A DNA stretch of 64,000 bases from Bacteroidia bacterium (lineage in GTDB: Bacteria > Bacteroidota > Bacteroidia > Bacteroidales > CAJPTX01): positions 145,685-209,684 of the forward strand of contig PDTX01000003.1 in assembly GCA_002749065.1 (NCBI GenBank). Reading direction: 5' to 3'. Shown here piece after piece: positions 18,343 to 27,795 of the stretch (position 1 is its first letter; the number at the start of each line of letters is the position of its first letter). A model generated the notes under the pieces. It worked only from the letters and a program-made list of their open reading frames with translations, was not told the DNA's origin and did no database searches. A program made the translations under genes and the position numbers.

Positions 18343-18487
18343 GATAAATTTCCGCTACATCTCCAAACGATGGATGCAAAAGCCCCCGACGGGCGGGATT
18401 TTCAGCGCGGTAATGCAACGTATTACAAAAAAAGTGCTACATTAGCGGCTAGATACAAGGAGTGTTCACCACAGTAAATCGAGAATT

Positions 18488-19486
18488 ATGTTTGAAATTG
18501 CCAACGTCGGGTCCATCGTCATGATACTCATCGCGGTGCTGGCCCTCTGGGTGCTGCTGTACCTCATCCCCATCCGCCTCTGGTTCACCGCGCTGGTCTC
18601 CGGCGTGCACGTTTCCCTCCTGCAGCTCGTGCTGATGCGCTGGCGGAAGATACCGCCCCGCGTCATAGTCCAGGCCCTGATTGGGGGCACGAAGGCCGGG
18701 CTGAAGCTGGAGCGCAACGACCTCGAGGCCCACTACCTCGCCGGGGGCCGGGTGCCCCGCGTGGTGCAGGCCCTGGTCTCGGCCCAGAAGGCCAATATAC
18801 CCCTCGACTTCAAGATGGCCACGGCCATAGACCTCGCCGGGCGCGACGTGTACGAGGCCGTGAGCATGTCGGTCATCCCCAAGGTCATCAACACCCCGCC
18901 GGTGACCGCCGTGGCCAAGGACGGCATACAGCTCATCGCCAAGGCCCGCGTGACGGTGCGGACCAACATCAAGCAGCTGGTCGGCGGCGCGGGCGAGGAG
19001 ACCGTCCTCGCGCGTGTGGGGGAGGGCATCGTCTCCTCCATCGGCTCGTCCAACTCCCACAAGCAGGTGCTGGAGAACCCCGACTTCATCTCGAAGGTCG
19101 TGCTGGAGAAGGGGCTCGATGCCGGGACGGCCTTCGAGATCCTCTCCATCGACATCGCCGACATCGACATCGGCCGTAACATCGGCGCGGTGCTGCAGCT
19201 CGACCAGGCCAACGCCGACAAGAACATCGCCCAGGCCCGGGCCGAGGAGCGGCGCGCCATGGCCGTGGCCACCGAGCAGGAGATGAAGTCGCGCGCGCAG
19301 GAGATGAAGGCCAAGGTCATAGAGGCGGAGGCGCGCATACCGCTCGCCATCGCCAAGGCCTTCGAGGACGGCAACCTCGGCATCATGGACTACTACCAGC
19401 TCCGTAACATACAGGCCGACACCCAGATGCGCGAGCAGATTGGCCTGCCCCCGCAGTCCGAGCCGGGGAGCGAAACGGCGGAGTAG
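18488..19486 (+). CDS. floA: flotillin-like protein FloA (UPF0365/YqfA family)
   Basis: 332 aa. N-terminal TM region followed by an SPFH-like body. The N-terminus [31 protein letters not shown] is characteristic. Confidence 0.9.
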   Translation: MFEIANVGSIVMILIAVLALWVLLYLIPIRLWFTALVSGVHVSLLQLVLMRWRKIPPRVIVQALIGGTKAGLKLERNDLEAHYLAGGRVPRVVQALVSAQKANIPLDFKMATAIDLAGRDVYEAVSMSVIPKVINTPPVTAVAKDGIQLIAKARVTVRTNIKQLVGGAGEETVLARVGEGIVSSIGSSNSHKQVLENPDFISKVVLEKGLDAGTAFEILSIDIADIDIGRNIGAVLQLDQANADKNIAQARAEERRAMAVATEQEMKSRAQEMKAKVIEAEARIPLAIAKAFEDGNLGIMDYYQLRNIQADTQMREQIGLPPQSEPGSETAE

Positions 19487-19528
19487 GGCGGAACAACATC
19501 GCGCCATCCGGCAAGCAGCCGGGGACAC

Positions 19529-19569
19529 GGCGGGCCGGATTACCCCGGGGTAATCCGGCCCGCCTTTTT
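19529..19569 (+). terminator. rho-independent terminator after floA
   Basis: 16-bp stem GGCGGGCCGGATTACC / GGTAATCCGGCCCGCC, CCGG loop, then T5. Confidence 0.85.
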
Positions 19570-19590
19570 CCTAATGTAGGGGGAAAAAGC

Positions 19591-19598
19591 TACCTTCG
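19591..19598 (+). promoter_or_regulatory. -7 promoter box (TACCTTCG) for the S9 peptidase gene
   Basis: Near-consensus box 26 nt upstream of the ATG at 19624. Confidence 0.4.
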
Positions 19599-19623
19599 CG
19601 GGGGAAGAAAGGAGAACCAAGCC

Positions 19624-21690
19624 ATGGAAAAGACCCGCAATACGCAAGCCAAGCAAGCCGAACCGTGTGGAGCCCAGTTTACCCCCGAGCTGCTCTGGGC
19701 GCTGGGGCGTATATCGGCCTTCAGCGTATCGCCCACCGGGGAGGAGCTGGCCTACGTGGTGACGCGCTACGACATGGCGGCGAATAGGGGCTACGGGGAA
19801 ATCTTCGTGCAAGCAATCGGGGGCGAAGAGGTCAAGCGGCTGGAGATTTCCTGGCCGGAGGAGCGCGCCAAGGAGGGTGAGCCGGATGCCCGGCGTAGCA
19901 TCTCCGACCTGGATTGGGGTGCGGACGGTCTGCTCCGCTTCCTCGCCCCCGAAGATGGTAGCCCGGAGGCCAAGACGCAGCTCTTCGCGCTTGAGCCCAA
20001 GGGGGGCGAAGCCCGCTGCCTGTCGAGGGTGGAGGGCGGCATGGAGGGCTTCAGGCTCTCGCCCGATGGGCAGAGGGTGGCCTACGCCCGCCGGGTGAAG
20101 GTGCTGGATACCGTAAAGGACCGCTGGCCCGATCTGGACAAGACCAGCGGGATGGTCTACGACGACCTCATGTACCGCCACTGGGACGAGTGGGATGACG
20201 GCATGCGGACGCACGTGTTCGTGGCGAGCTGGGGGGAGCTGCAGCGGGGTGGGGGAGTCGACCTGCTGGAGGGGGAGCCCTACCACAGCCCGATGCGACC
20301 CTTCGGCGGGATGGAGGAGGTGGCCTGGACGGCCGACAGCCAGAGCGTGGCCTACACCTGCAAGAAGCTCGAGGGCAAGGAGGCCGCCTTCAGCACCAAC
20401 TCGCACATCTATGTATACAACCTGCTGAGCGGCCAAACGCGCTGCCTGACCGAGGGCAATGAGGGCTACGACGTGTGCCCCGTATTCTCGCCCGACGGTC
20501 GCTACGTGGCCTGGAGCAGCATGGCGCGCGCTGGCTTCGAGTCCGATAAGGCCCGCCTGATGGTCGAGGACTTGGCCAGCGGGGAGCGCGTTGAGCTCAG
20601 CCGCAACTTCGACCACAGCCCCGCGAGGGTGAGGTGGGCCGCCGATAGTCGCTCGCTGTACTTCGTCGCCGGGGTGAAGGGCACCTACCAGATTTTCGCG
20701 CAGGGACTGGATGAGCCAAGCCCCCGGCAGCTCACCCAGGGGCAGTACGACCACACCGCCTTCCGGCTGGCCGGCGATTCGCTGGTGTTCATGCGCTCAT
20801 CCATGGTGGAGCCGCACGAGCTCTACCGCCTAGGAGCCAACGGGGAGGCCATGCGCCTCACGGGGGTGAACGACGACCGGCTCTCGGCCGTCCCCATGCC
20901 GAGGGTGGAGCCCCGCTGGATGGATACGCACGACGGGCAGCGAATGCTGACCTGGCTGGTGTACCCGCCCGGCTTCGATGCCCAGAAGACGTACCCGACC
21001 CTGCTCTACTGCGAGGGTGGGCCGCAGAGCGCGGTGTCGCAGTTCTGGAGCTACCGTTGGAACCTGGCGCTGATGGCCGCGCAGGGCTACGTGGTGGTGG
21101 CCCCCAATCGGCGGGGCACGCTCTCCTTCGGCCAGGCCTGGACGGATGCCATCAGCAAGCACCATGGGACGGATGAGATGAGGGATTTACTGGGGGCGAT
21201 TGACACCATCGCAGGGGAGCCCTGGTGCGATGCCGGGCGGCTAGGCGCGGTGGGTGCCTCCTACGGCGGCTTCACGGTCAACTGGCTCATGGGCCACCAT
21301 CAGGGGCGCTTCAGGGCCTTCGTCAGCCACTGCGGCATATTCGACAGCCCCATGATGTACTACACGACCGAGGAGATGTTCTTCGAGCAGTGGGAGATGG
21401 GCGGCGCGCCCTGGGAGCTGGACAACAGCACCGCCCAGGCTGGCTACGCCCAGAGCCCGAGCCGCTTCGTGGCCCGCTGGGATACGCCCGTCCTCGTAAT
21501 CCACGGCGCCAAGGACTTCCGCATCCCCTACTCGCAGGGACTGGCCGTGCACAACGCCGCCCGGATGCAGGGGGTGGAGAGCCGCCTGCTGTTCTTCCCC
21601 GACGAGGGGCACTGGGTGACGGGGGCGCAGAACGGTCTGCTGTGGCAGCGGGAGTTCTTCCGCTGGCTGGATAGATTCCTGAAGGGGTAG
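19624..21690 (+). CDS. S9 family serine peptidase (prolyl oligopeptidase / acylaminoacyl-peptidase type, beta-propeller + alpha/beta hydrolase)
   Basis: 688 aa. Nucleophile elbow GASYGGF, and C-terminal HGAKDFRIP ... DEGHW (Asp/His of the triad). Confidence 0.9.
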   Translation: MEKTRNTQAKQAEPCGAQFTPELLWALGRISAFSVSPTGEELAYVVTRYDMAANRGYGEIFVQAIGGEEVKRLEISWPEERAKEGEPDARRSISDLDWGADGLLRFLAPEDGSPEAKTQLFALEPKGGEARCLSRVEGGMEGFRLSPDGQRVAYARRVKVLDTVKDRWPDLDKTSGMVYDDLMYRHWDEWDDGMRTHVFVASWGELQRGGGVDLLEGEPYHSPMRPFGGMEEVAWTADSQSVAYTCKKLEGKEAAFSTNSHIYVYNLLSGQTRCLTEGNEGYDVCPVFSPDGRYVAWSSMARAGFESDKARLMVEDLASGERVELSRNFDHSPARVRWAADSRSLYFVAGVKGTYQIFAQGLDEPSPRQLTQGQYDHTAFRLAGDSLVFMRSSMVEPHELYRLGANGEAMRLTGVNDDRLSAVPMPRVEPRWMDTHDGQRMLTWLVYPPGFDAQKTYPTLLYCEGGPQSAVSQFWSYRWNLALMAAQGYVVVAPNRRGTLSFGQAWTDAISKHHGTDEMRDLLGAIDTIAGEPWCDAGRLGAVGASYGGFTVNWLMGHHQGRFRAFVSHCGIFDSPMMYYTTEEMFFEQWEMGGAPWELDNSTAQAGYAQSPSRFVARWDTPVLVIHGAKDFRIPYSQGLAVHNAARMQGVESRLLFFPDEGHWVTGAQNGLLWQREFFRWLDRFLKG

Positions 21691-21763
21691 GGGGGCTCGA
21701 CTACTGCCAGCAGCATGCCGTGGCTTGGACATAGGTAATTACATTAACGTAACGAATAGCATA

Positions 21764-22420
21764 ATGGAGTTTTTTCTGGATACCGCGAACCTGGAGCAGA
21801 TACGCGAGGCGCAGGCCCTGGGCATACTCGATGGGGTGACGACCAACCCCTCGCTCATGGCCAAGGAGGGCATCAAGGGCGAGCAGGCGATACGGGAGCA
21901 CTACGTGAAGATCTGCGAGATCGTGGATGGGGACGTGAGCGCGGAGGTGATATCGACCGACTACGAGGGCATGCTCCGCGAGGGGCGCGAGCTGGCCGCC
22001 CTGCATGAGCAGATTGTGGTCAAGGTGCCCTGCACCAAGGACGGCATACGGGCGATCAGGGCGCTGAGCGATGAGAGTATAGCCACCAACTGCACCCTGG
22101 TATTCTCGCTGGGCCAGGCCCTGCTGGCGGCCAAGGCTGGCGCGACCTACGTTTCGCCCTTCGTGGGGCGGCTCGACGACATCTGCGAGGACGGCATCGG
22201 GCTGGTGCGCAGCATCGTGGAGGTGTACCAGGAGTACGACTACGACACGATGGTGCTGGCGGCCTCCATCCGCCATCCGCAGCACATCATGCAGTGCCTG
22301 GAGGTGGGTGCCGACGTGGCGACCTGCCCCCTGAGCGCCATCCTGCCCCTGCTGCACCACCCGCTGACGGACGCCGGGCTGGAGAAGTTCCTGGCCGACT
22401 ACCGCAAGCTCAACGGCTAG
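21764..22420 (+). CDS. fsa: fructose-6-phosphate aldolase / transaldolase type 3B
   Basis: 218 aa from the ATG at 21764 (MEFFLDTANLEQIREA..., VVKVPCT, VSPFVGRLDD). The track start at 21725 is a TTG. Confidence 0.9.
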   Translation: MEFFLDTANLEQIREAQALGILDGVTTNPSLMAKEGIKGEQAIREHYVKICEIVDGDVSAEVISTDYEGMLREGRELAALHEQIVVKVPCTKDGIRAIRALSDESIATNCTLVFSLGQALLAAKAGATYVSPFVGRLDDICEDGIGLVRSIVEVYQEYDYDTMVLAASIRHPQHIMQCLEVGADVATCPLSAILPLLHHPLTDAGLEKFLADYRKLNG

Positions 22421-22443
22421 AGGCCGCGCCGGGGGAGCGGGAG

Positions 22444-23052
22444 ATGGTACGGGTCTACGAGGATACGCCCCGCGGCGAGGCGATGGAGCGGGCCGTGGCC
22501 ACCCTGCGCGAAGGGGGGGTGATAATCTACCCCACCGACACGCTCTACGCCGTGGGCTGCGCCCTGGACAACGCCCGGGGCGCCGAGCGGATAATGCAGC
22601 TCAAGGGCCTGAAGCGCAAGTCCGACCGCCTGACCTTCCTGTGCGACAGCATCAGCATGGTGGCCGAGTACGCCCGGGTGTCGAATGCGAACTTCCGCCT
22701 CCTGCGCGACAACCTCCCGGGCCCCTTCACCTTCGTCCTGCCGGGGATGAACCGGGTGCCGAACCACTGCCTGAGCCGGCGGAAGACCGTGGGGGTGCGC
22801 ATCCCCGCCAACGCGATTGCCCGGGGGCTGGTGGAGGCCCTGGGGATGCCGCTGGTGACGGGCTCGCTGCCCGTGGAGGAGGGTGCGCCCGAGTACGGGG
22901 TCTACCCCGAGCTGATGCAACAGAAGTGGGGCGCGCTCGTGGACCTGGTGGTGGACGGCGGCCCGGGCCAGATGCAGGCCTCCACGGTGGTGGATGCCAC
23001 GGCGGAGCCGGTGGAAATACTGCGCGAGGGGAAGGGCGAGCTGCTGTGGTAG
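22444..23052 (+). CDS. tsaC: L-threonylcarbamoyladenylate synthase (YrdC/TsaC family)
   Basis: 202 aa from the ATG at 22444. YrdC-domain motifs GGVIIYPTDTLYAVGC, LKGLKRKSD.L.FLC and VGVRIP. Confidence 0.85.
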   Translation: MVRVYEDTPRGEAMERAVATLREGGVIIYPTDTLYAVGCALDNARGAERIMQLKGLKRKSDRLTFLCDSISMVAEYARVSNANFRLLRDNLPGPFTFVLPGMNRVPNHCLSRRKTVGVRIPANAIARGLVEALGMPLVTGSLPVEEGAPEYGVYPELMQQKWGALVDLVVDGGPGQMQASTVVDATAEPVEILREGKGELLW

Positions 23053-23086
23053 GGTGGCGTATGGATTTCGGTTTACGATTAATTAT

Positions 23087-23094
23087 TACCTTCG
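23087..23094 (+). promoter_or_regulatory. -7 promoter box (TACCTTCG) for gap
   Basis: Near-consensus box 60 nt upstream of the ATG at 23154. Confidence 0.35.
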
Positions 23095-23153
23095 CGAGGT
23101 GCGGGAGCACTGCTCTCAGCTGACTCCTGGAAAGGTAGAACAAACTTATAGAG

Positions 23154-24176
23154 ATGGCAAAAGTAAGAGTTGCGATTAACGGTTTTGGTCGCATAGGGCG
23201 TAACGTCTTCCGCGCAATCTACGGGCGGGACGACATCGAGGTGGTGGCTATCAACGGGCTGGCGGATGCCGAGGCGATGGCCTACCTGGGTAAGTACGAT
23301 TCGACGCAGGGGATTTTCCAGGCGGACTTCAAAGCGCTGGACAGCGACACGCTCTCGCTGGACGGGCGTATCATCCCGGTGTCGCACTTCCGTACACCCG
23401 GCGAAATCGAGTGGCCCAACGAGCCACAGGTGGTGATAGAGGCGACGGGGAAGTTCCGCAAGCGCCACAGCGACAAGGGGGGCTTCGGCGACCACCTCAA
23501 GGGCAGCGTGAAGAAGGTGGTGCTCACCGCCCCCTCCAAGGACACCATCGACCGGATGATCGTGCTGGGGGTCAACGATGAGGAGCTGCGGCCGGAGGAT
23601 ATCTTCGTGTCGAACGCCAGCTGCACGACCAACTGCCTGGCCCCAGTGGTGAAGGTGCTGCACGAGCAGTACGGCATAGAGCGCGGCTACATGACCACGG
23701 TGCATTCCTACACCAACGACCAGCGCATCTTGGACTCCTCGCACAAGGATCTCCGGCGGGCGCGCGCCGCGGCGGTATCGCAAATCCCGACCACGACCGG
23801 GGCGGCCAAGGCCATGGGCCTCATCATGCCCGAGCTCGACGGCCTGCTCGACGGCATCTCGGTGCGGGTGCCCACCCCCACCGGCTCGCTGGTAGACCTG
23901 GTGTGCGACCTGAAGAAGGAGGTGAGCCCCGAGGAGATAAACGCGGCCATGAAGGCGGCGGCCGAGGGCGAGCTCAAGGGCATACTGCGCTATACGGAGG
24001 ACCCAATCGTGTCGGTCGACATCGTGCACGACCCGCATAGCTCAATCTTCGATGCGCTCAGCACGAAGGTGAACGGGAAGATGATTAAGGTGCTGGCCTG
24101 GTACGACAACGAGTGGGGCTACTCCTGCCGCATTGCCGATCTGTGCAAGATGGTGATTGAGGTGGGGTGCAAGTAG
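23154..24176 (+). CDS. gap: type I glyceraldehyde-3-phosphate dehydrogenase
   Basis: 340 aa. INGFGRIGRNVFRA and the active site SNASCTTNCLAP. Confidence 0.95.
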   Translation: MAKVRVAINGFGRIGRNVFRAIYGRDDIEVVAINGLADAEAMAYLGKYDSTQGIFQADFKALDSDTLSLDGRIIPVSHFRTPGEIEWPNEPQVVIEATGKFRKRHSDKGGFGDHLKGSVKKVVLTAPSKDTIDRMIVLGVNDEELRPEDIFVSNASCTTNCLAPVVKVLHEQYGIERGYMTTVHSYTNDQRILDSSHKDLRRARAAAVSQIPTTTGAAKAMGLIMPELDGLLDGISVRVPTPTGSLVDLVCDLKKEVSPEEINAAMKAAAEGELKGILRYTEDPIVSVDIVHDPHSSIFDALSTKVNGKMIKVLAWYDNEWGYSCRIADLCKMVIEVGCK

Positions 24177-24204
24177 GATAATTGCCGTCTAGAGTGGATA
24201 TATT

Positions 24205-24240
24205 GGGGCGTGACCTTGCGTTGCGCCCCTCTTTGCTTTG
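24205..24240 (+). terminator. putative terminator after gap
   Basis: GGGGCG ... CGCCCC hairpin followed by the T-rich run TCTTTGCTTTG. Imperfect. Confidence 0.45.
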
Positions 24241-24247
24241 ACCATGC

Positions 24248-24775
24248 ATGCGTGAGGACCTGGACCGCCCCCTGTTCCTGGTGGGCTTCATGGCTTGCGG
24301 CAAGAGCACCGTGGGGCGACGGCTCGCCCACGAGCTGGGGGTGGACTTCGTGGACCTGGACCTGGAGGTGGAAACCATGGCCGGCATGGGCATCCCGGAG
24401 ATATTCGCGCGGGACGGCGAGGTGGCCTTCCGCCGGATGGAGCGACGGGCCCTGGAGGAGGTCCTGCAGCGGCGATGCCCGATGGTGGTGGCCACGGGTG
24501 GCGGTACGCCCACGGTGGGCGATGCGATGATGCGGATGCGGGCCACGGGCTGGGTGGTCTACCTACGTGTGCCGGTGAATATGCTGGTGGAGAGGCTGAA
24601 GCGAGAGCGCTACCAACGACCATTGATAGCGGGCCTGGAGGGAGAAGAGCTTGAGCACTTCGTTATCAGCCACTTGGCGGAGCGGGAGCCCTGCTACCTG
24701 GAGGCCAATGCGGTGGTGGATGCCCGCACAGTGGAGGGCGATACCCTGCTGGAAATGCTCCGTGGACGGGGCTAG
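24248..24775 (+). CDS. aroK: shikimate kinase
   Basis: 175 aa. Walker A GFMACGKST and the DLD / FR..E motifs. Confidence 0.9.
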   Translation: MREDLDRPLFLVGFMACGKSTVGRRLAHELGVDFVDLDLEVETMAGMGIPEIFARDGEVAFRRMERRALEEVLQRRCPMVVATGGGTPTVGDAMMRMRATGWVVYLRVPVNMLVERLKRERYQRPLIAGLEGEELEHFVISHLAEREPCYLEANAVVDARTVEGDTLLEMLRGRG

Positions 24776-24804
24776 CCCTACTCGCTAAGGAAAGTATTCT
24801 TACC

Positions 24805-27633
24805 CTACACTTGGCCCATCGCCGTGGCCAGCGAGTCGATAATCCTCGCCTCCTCGCTATGACCATCCGTGGCGAGGCGGAGCAGGGGAAGATTAATGAA
24901 CCCTAAAATCCCGTCCTTCATCGCATCCCGCCTCTGCTGCTTCTCACGGCTATGGTAGCTCACGCCGTCCACCTCGATGGCCAGCACCGGCGACCTATCC
25001 ACCCGGTTGTACAGCAGGAAGTCCACGCTGGAGGTTCCCCGGATGAACTTCATCTCCTCATCCGAAAAGCCATGGACACCCCGGATTAGGTCCCTCAGTC
25101 GGTACTCCCGCACCACGTCGATGCTGGAGAACTGGGGCATGCGTAACACCCTGTTTTCCAGTAGGTCCAGCACGAGCTGCTCGGCCAGTGAGCCCCCCAC
25201 GTAGCGGTTCGAGGCGCGGAAGCGCGCGCGGGCCCTATGGTACTCCTTGTACAGCAGGTCGAAAACAGAGCGGAGCCTCCCGGCCACCACCGTCTCGCTC
25301 GGGTCGGTGGTGTAGAGCATGTAGCGGATCAGGTCGCCGATGTTCGTCCCGTGGGGCAGCGGCATGGATGCAGGCTTGACCACGATGAGCTCCTCCACGG
25401 CCCGGGACACCGCCACGTTTATCAGGTTCGGGTTGTCGATGAACGGGCCTATCTGGTCCCTCACCGTATTGAAGATTATCACATCCTTCTCGCGCCCCTG
25501 GAACTTGTGTATCGTATCTGCCTCAGTCCCATCGGGTAGGAGTCGCTGGAGCATATCCGCATGCCGCCTGTAGGGAGCGATTACGCCCACCCGCGTAAAA
25601 TCTGCGGCGTAGTGCTCACGGACGTACAGATCCGTTTCATCGATTTGCCGCTGATTGTAATTGCCCCGCCCCCCAGAGATATTCGTCTCGATAATCCTAA
25701 ATGGATGCCCAGCCATCTCCTTCATCACCACCAACTCATTACCATAGAATTTCTTATTGCAGAAGCCGATGATGGTGGGGTGGCACCTATAGTGCTCCCT
25801 TAGTAGGACCGAGCTAATACCCTTGCCGTACAGCGTTTTGAGCGAATCCAGTATGTTCATGCTGACGTAATCGTAGGCCCGGACCATGCTGTGCCTGGCC
25901 TGGAGCTGCTCGGCCAGCCCCTTGCTCTGGGCATCCACGATGTGGGTGAGCTGCATACTGTCGCCCACAATCACCGCGTTTCGGCAGCAGGAGAAGCAAA
26001 CGGCAGACTTAATAATGTCTACCTGGGAAGCCTCATCAATTATCAGGTAATCAAATAGATAACCCCTAGGTATGCTGCTGTGAAGCGAGAGGGTAGAGCT
26101 AAGCACTACGGGGTAGCGCCGGGCGAAGTCGTCGAATTGCCTTCGGTAGTTCTCCATGGAGAATGATGCGTGCTCAAGGGATTGGTAGCGGTGATGCAGC
26201 ACGCCATTCAGCACGGCCCTGGAGCTAAGCGTATATTCCTGCAGCATTTTCTCAATTTCCTTTTCCCATTTCTTTACCTTCCCAATCTCACACTCTATCC
26301 AGTTGATATACAGCTCGTAGAAGCGGTGATTTACGTATGTGACGAACTCATGGCGATACCTCCTCACGGTGGGGTAGCGGAGCATCCCGAACTTCAGCAT
26401 CGCATAGAACTGATTTATCAGCGATAGCCGATTCTCTATATTTATCCTTGAGAGTAAATCCTTTATTCTCAGCGCCCTATCGGTATCCATAATGTAGCGG
26501 AACTTCCGGTCGAGCACCGATTTCACCGCGGGGTCAAGCGCTTGCTCCGCCCTGACATGGGCAAATTCCGTCTTCGCATCCGCCAGCTGGGCTCTCAGTA
26601 CTGCGTATCTCTTTACATGCTGAAACCCCTCCATCAGCTTGGTTTCCAGCTCCCTAAGCTTCCCCTTGGCTTCCTCTGGCCTCTCGAAAGCCAGCATAAG
26701 CCCCAACTCCTTCAACTCTTTCGTTTCCTCCTTGGAATTTTCAAGCTCATTAAGAGATACAAAGCGTATTCGCTCCAGCGGTATTTCACTGATATTCTCA
26801 AAAAAGCTACTCCTATTCTCCTTCCTCCCGAGCGATGCCACGAGCCAGCCATAGCCCTCCTTCTCCAGCTTCTCCTTGACATTGAATACCGCGGAGTTAT
26901 TATTCGATACGATGGCTACCGTTTTCCCCCTCAGTATGATATTTGCCACAATGTTAAGTATAGTCTGGGTTTTCCCCGTGCCGGGTGGCCCCTCCACGAT
27001 GCTCATATTGGTCCGGAGCGCGGTTTCAACGGCCAATTGCTGGCTCTCATTGCAACCGAAGGGGAATACTACGGGCCATTTTGCCGGTCCATCCATGGGG
27101 AGCACACCATCGAGATAGGGGGAGAGGACAGACCTACCGTCCTCCAAATCAATATCTTCAAGCGCCTTGAGTAGTATGTCCGCGCTTATCTGATTGGGGT
27201 TAGCACCCTTCCCCTCGCCCTCCTCGGCCGGGAGGTCAAAGGTTACCCCGCCCGTTCCGCGGAGAATTTCCTTGAAATACTCTACTACGGATGCCCCTTG
27301 CTCCGTGCCCCTCCTCACCTCGCAGATTTCTATGTCCCCGTTCTTCTCAATCAAGTAGGGTTGCGTATCTTCCCCCCTTAAAATCAGGTGCTTATCATAA
27401 TCATCCACGATGTGGTACTTCTGCGCACGCCCCTTTATGTATACTCGGACATTCTCCCTTGTCGAGACTATCGGGTAGTACCTCACCCTGTCCGCCCCGT
27501 AGGCGTAGGACCTACCATTCGCGAAGGTCACGAGATACCCCTTCTCCGTGGGTTTCACCTCTGACACATCCCGCTTGTACTCAAATTTTAGGGAGTCCCT
27601 ATTCCTTAGAAATACAATAAATGGTTTTGCCAT
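24805..27633 (-). CDS. SF1 (Upf1/DNA2-like, AAA_11/AAA_12-type) helicase fused to a C-terminal restriction-endonuclease-like (DUF2726-type) domain; N-terminal ~200 aa unassigned
   Basis: 942 aa from the ATG at 27631-33 (the track start at 27663 is a TTG). Helicase motifs are Walker A GPPGTGKT (26968-26991), Walker B LIIDEASQ (26023-26046), VIVGDSMQL, LREHYRCHP, TIHKFQGREKDVIIF and NVAVSRA. The C-terminus reads SSVDFLLY...PVLAIEVDGVSYH...RRD. G+C is visibly lower than in the neighbours. Confidence 0.85.
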   Translation of the reverse strand: MAKPFIVFLRNRDSLKFEYKRDVSEVKPTEKGYLVTFANGRSYAYGADRVRYYPIVSTRENVRVYIKGRAQKYHIVDDYDKHLILRGEDTQPYLIEKNGDIEICEVRRGTEQGASVVEYFKEILRGTGGVTFDLPAEEGEGKGANPNQISADILLKALEDIDLEDGRSVLSPYLDGVLPMDGPAKWPVVFPFGCNESQQLAVETALRTNMSIVEGPPGTGKTQTILNIVANIILRGKTVAIVSNNNSAVFNVKEKLEKEGYGWLVASLGRKENRSSFFENISEIPLERIRFVSLNELENSKEETKELKELGLMLAFERPEEAKGKLRELETKLMEGFQHVKRYAVLRAQLADAKTEFAHVRAEQALDPAVKSVLDRKFRYIMDTDRALRIKDLLSRINIENRLSLINQFYAMLKFGMLRYPTVRRYRHEFVTYVNHRFYELYINWIECEIGKVKKWEKEIEKMLQEYTLSSRAVLNGVLHHRYQSLEHASFSMENYRRQFDDFARRYPVVLSSTLSLHSSIPRGYLFDYLIIDEASQVDIIKSAVCFSCCRNAVIVGDSMQLTHIVDAQSKGLAEQLQARHSMVRAYDYVSMNILDSLKTLYGKGISSVLLREHYRCHPTIIGFCNKKFYGNELVVMKEMAGHPFRIIETNISGGRGNYNQRQIDETDLYVREHYAADFTRVGVIAPYRRHADMLQRLLPDGTEADTIHKFQGREKDVIIFNTVRDQIGPFIDNPNLINVAVSRAVEELIVVKPASMPLPHGTNIGDLIRYMLYTTDPSETVVAGRLRSVFDLLYKEYHRARARFRASNRYVGGSLAEQLVLDLLENRVLRMPQFSSIDVVREYRLRDLIRGVHGFSDEEMKFIRGTSSVDFLLYNRVDRSPVLAIEVDGVSYHSREKQQRRDAMKDGILGFINLPLLRLATDGHSEEARIIDSLATAMGQV

Positions 27634-27660
27634 TCGACTCTTTCTTAGCCTTTTTGGCCA

Positions 27661-27668
27661 CAAGGATA
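27661..27668 (-). promoter_or_regulatory. promoter-like box TATCCTTG (minus strand) for the helicase-nuclease gene
   Basis: One mismatch to TAnnTTTG. It lies 28 nt upstream of the ATG at 27633, immediately after the upstream terminator T-tract. Confidence 0.35.
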
Positions 27669-27669
27669 C

Positions 27670-27709
27670 AAAAACCCCGCCCCTAATGCAAATGCTTTCG
27701 GGGCGGGGG
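27670..27709 (-). terminator. rho-independent terminator after the AAA-ATPase/PD-(D/E)XK gene (minus strand)
   Basis: The minus strand reads CCCCGCCCC (27708-27700), a 16-nt loop, GGGGCGGGG (27683-27675), then T5 (27674-27670). Confidence 0.75.
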
Positions 27710-27795
27710 AAATCTATGGTGAAGGGGGCTGAGCGTTACTTCGGACTGGAGCTTGATGGGAGAGAAGCGGGTTTAATCAATTGGTTTTCATCCAA

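Noticed and set aside
24805-27663. The longest-ORF start (27663) for the helicase-nuclease gene.
   Set aside because: The codon at 27661-63 is a TTG lying 7 nt from the T-tract of the upstream terminator and inside the promoter-like box. The ATG at 27633, 28 nt after the box, is preferred.
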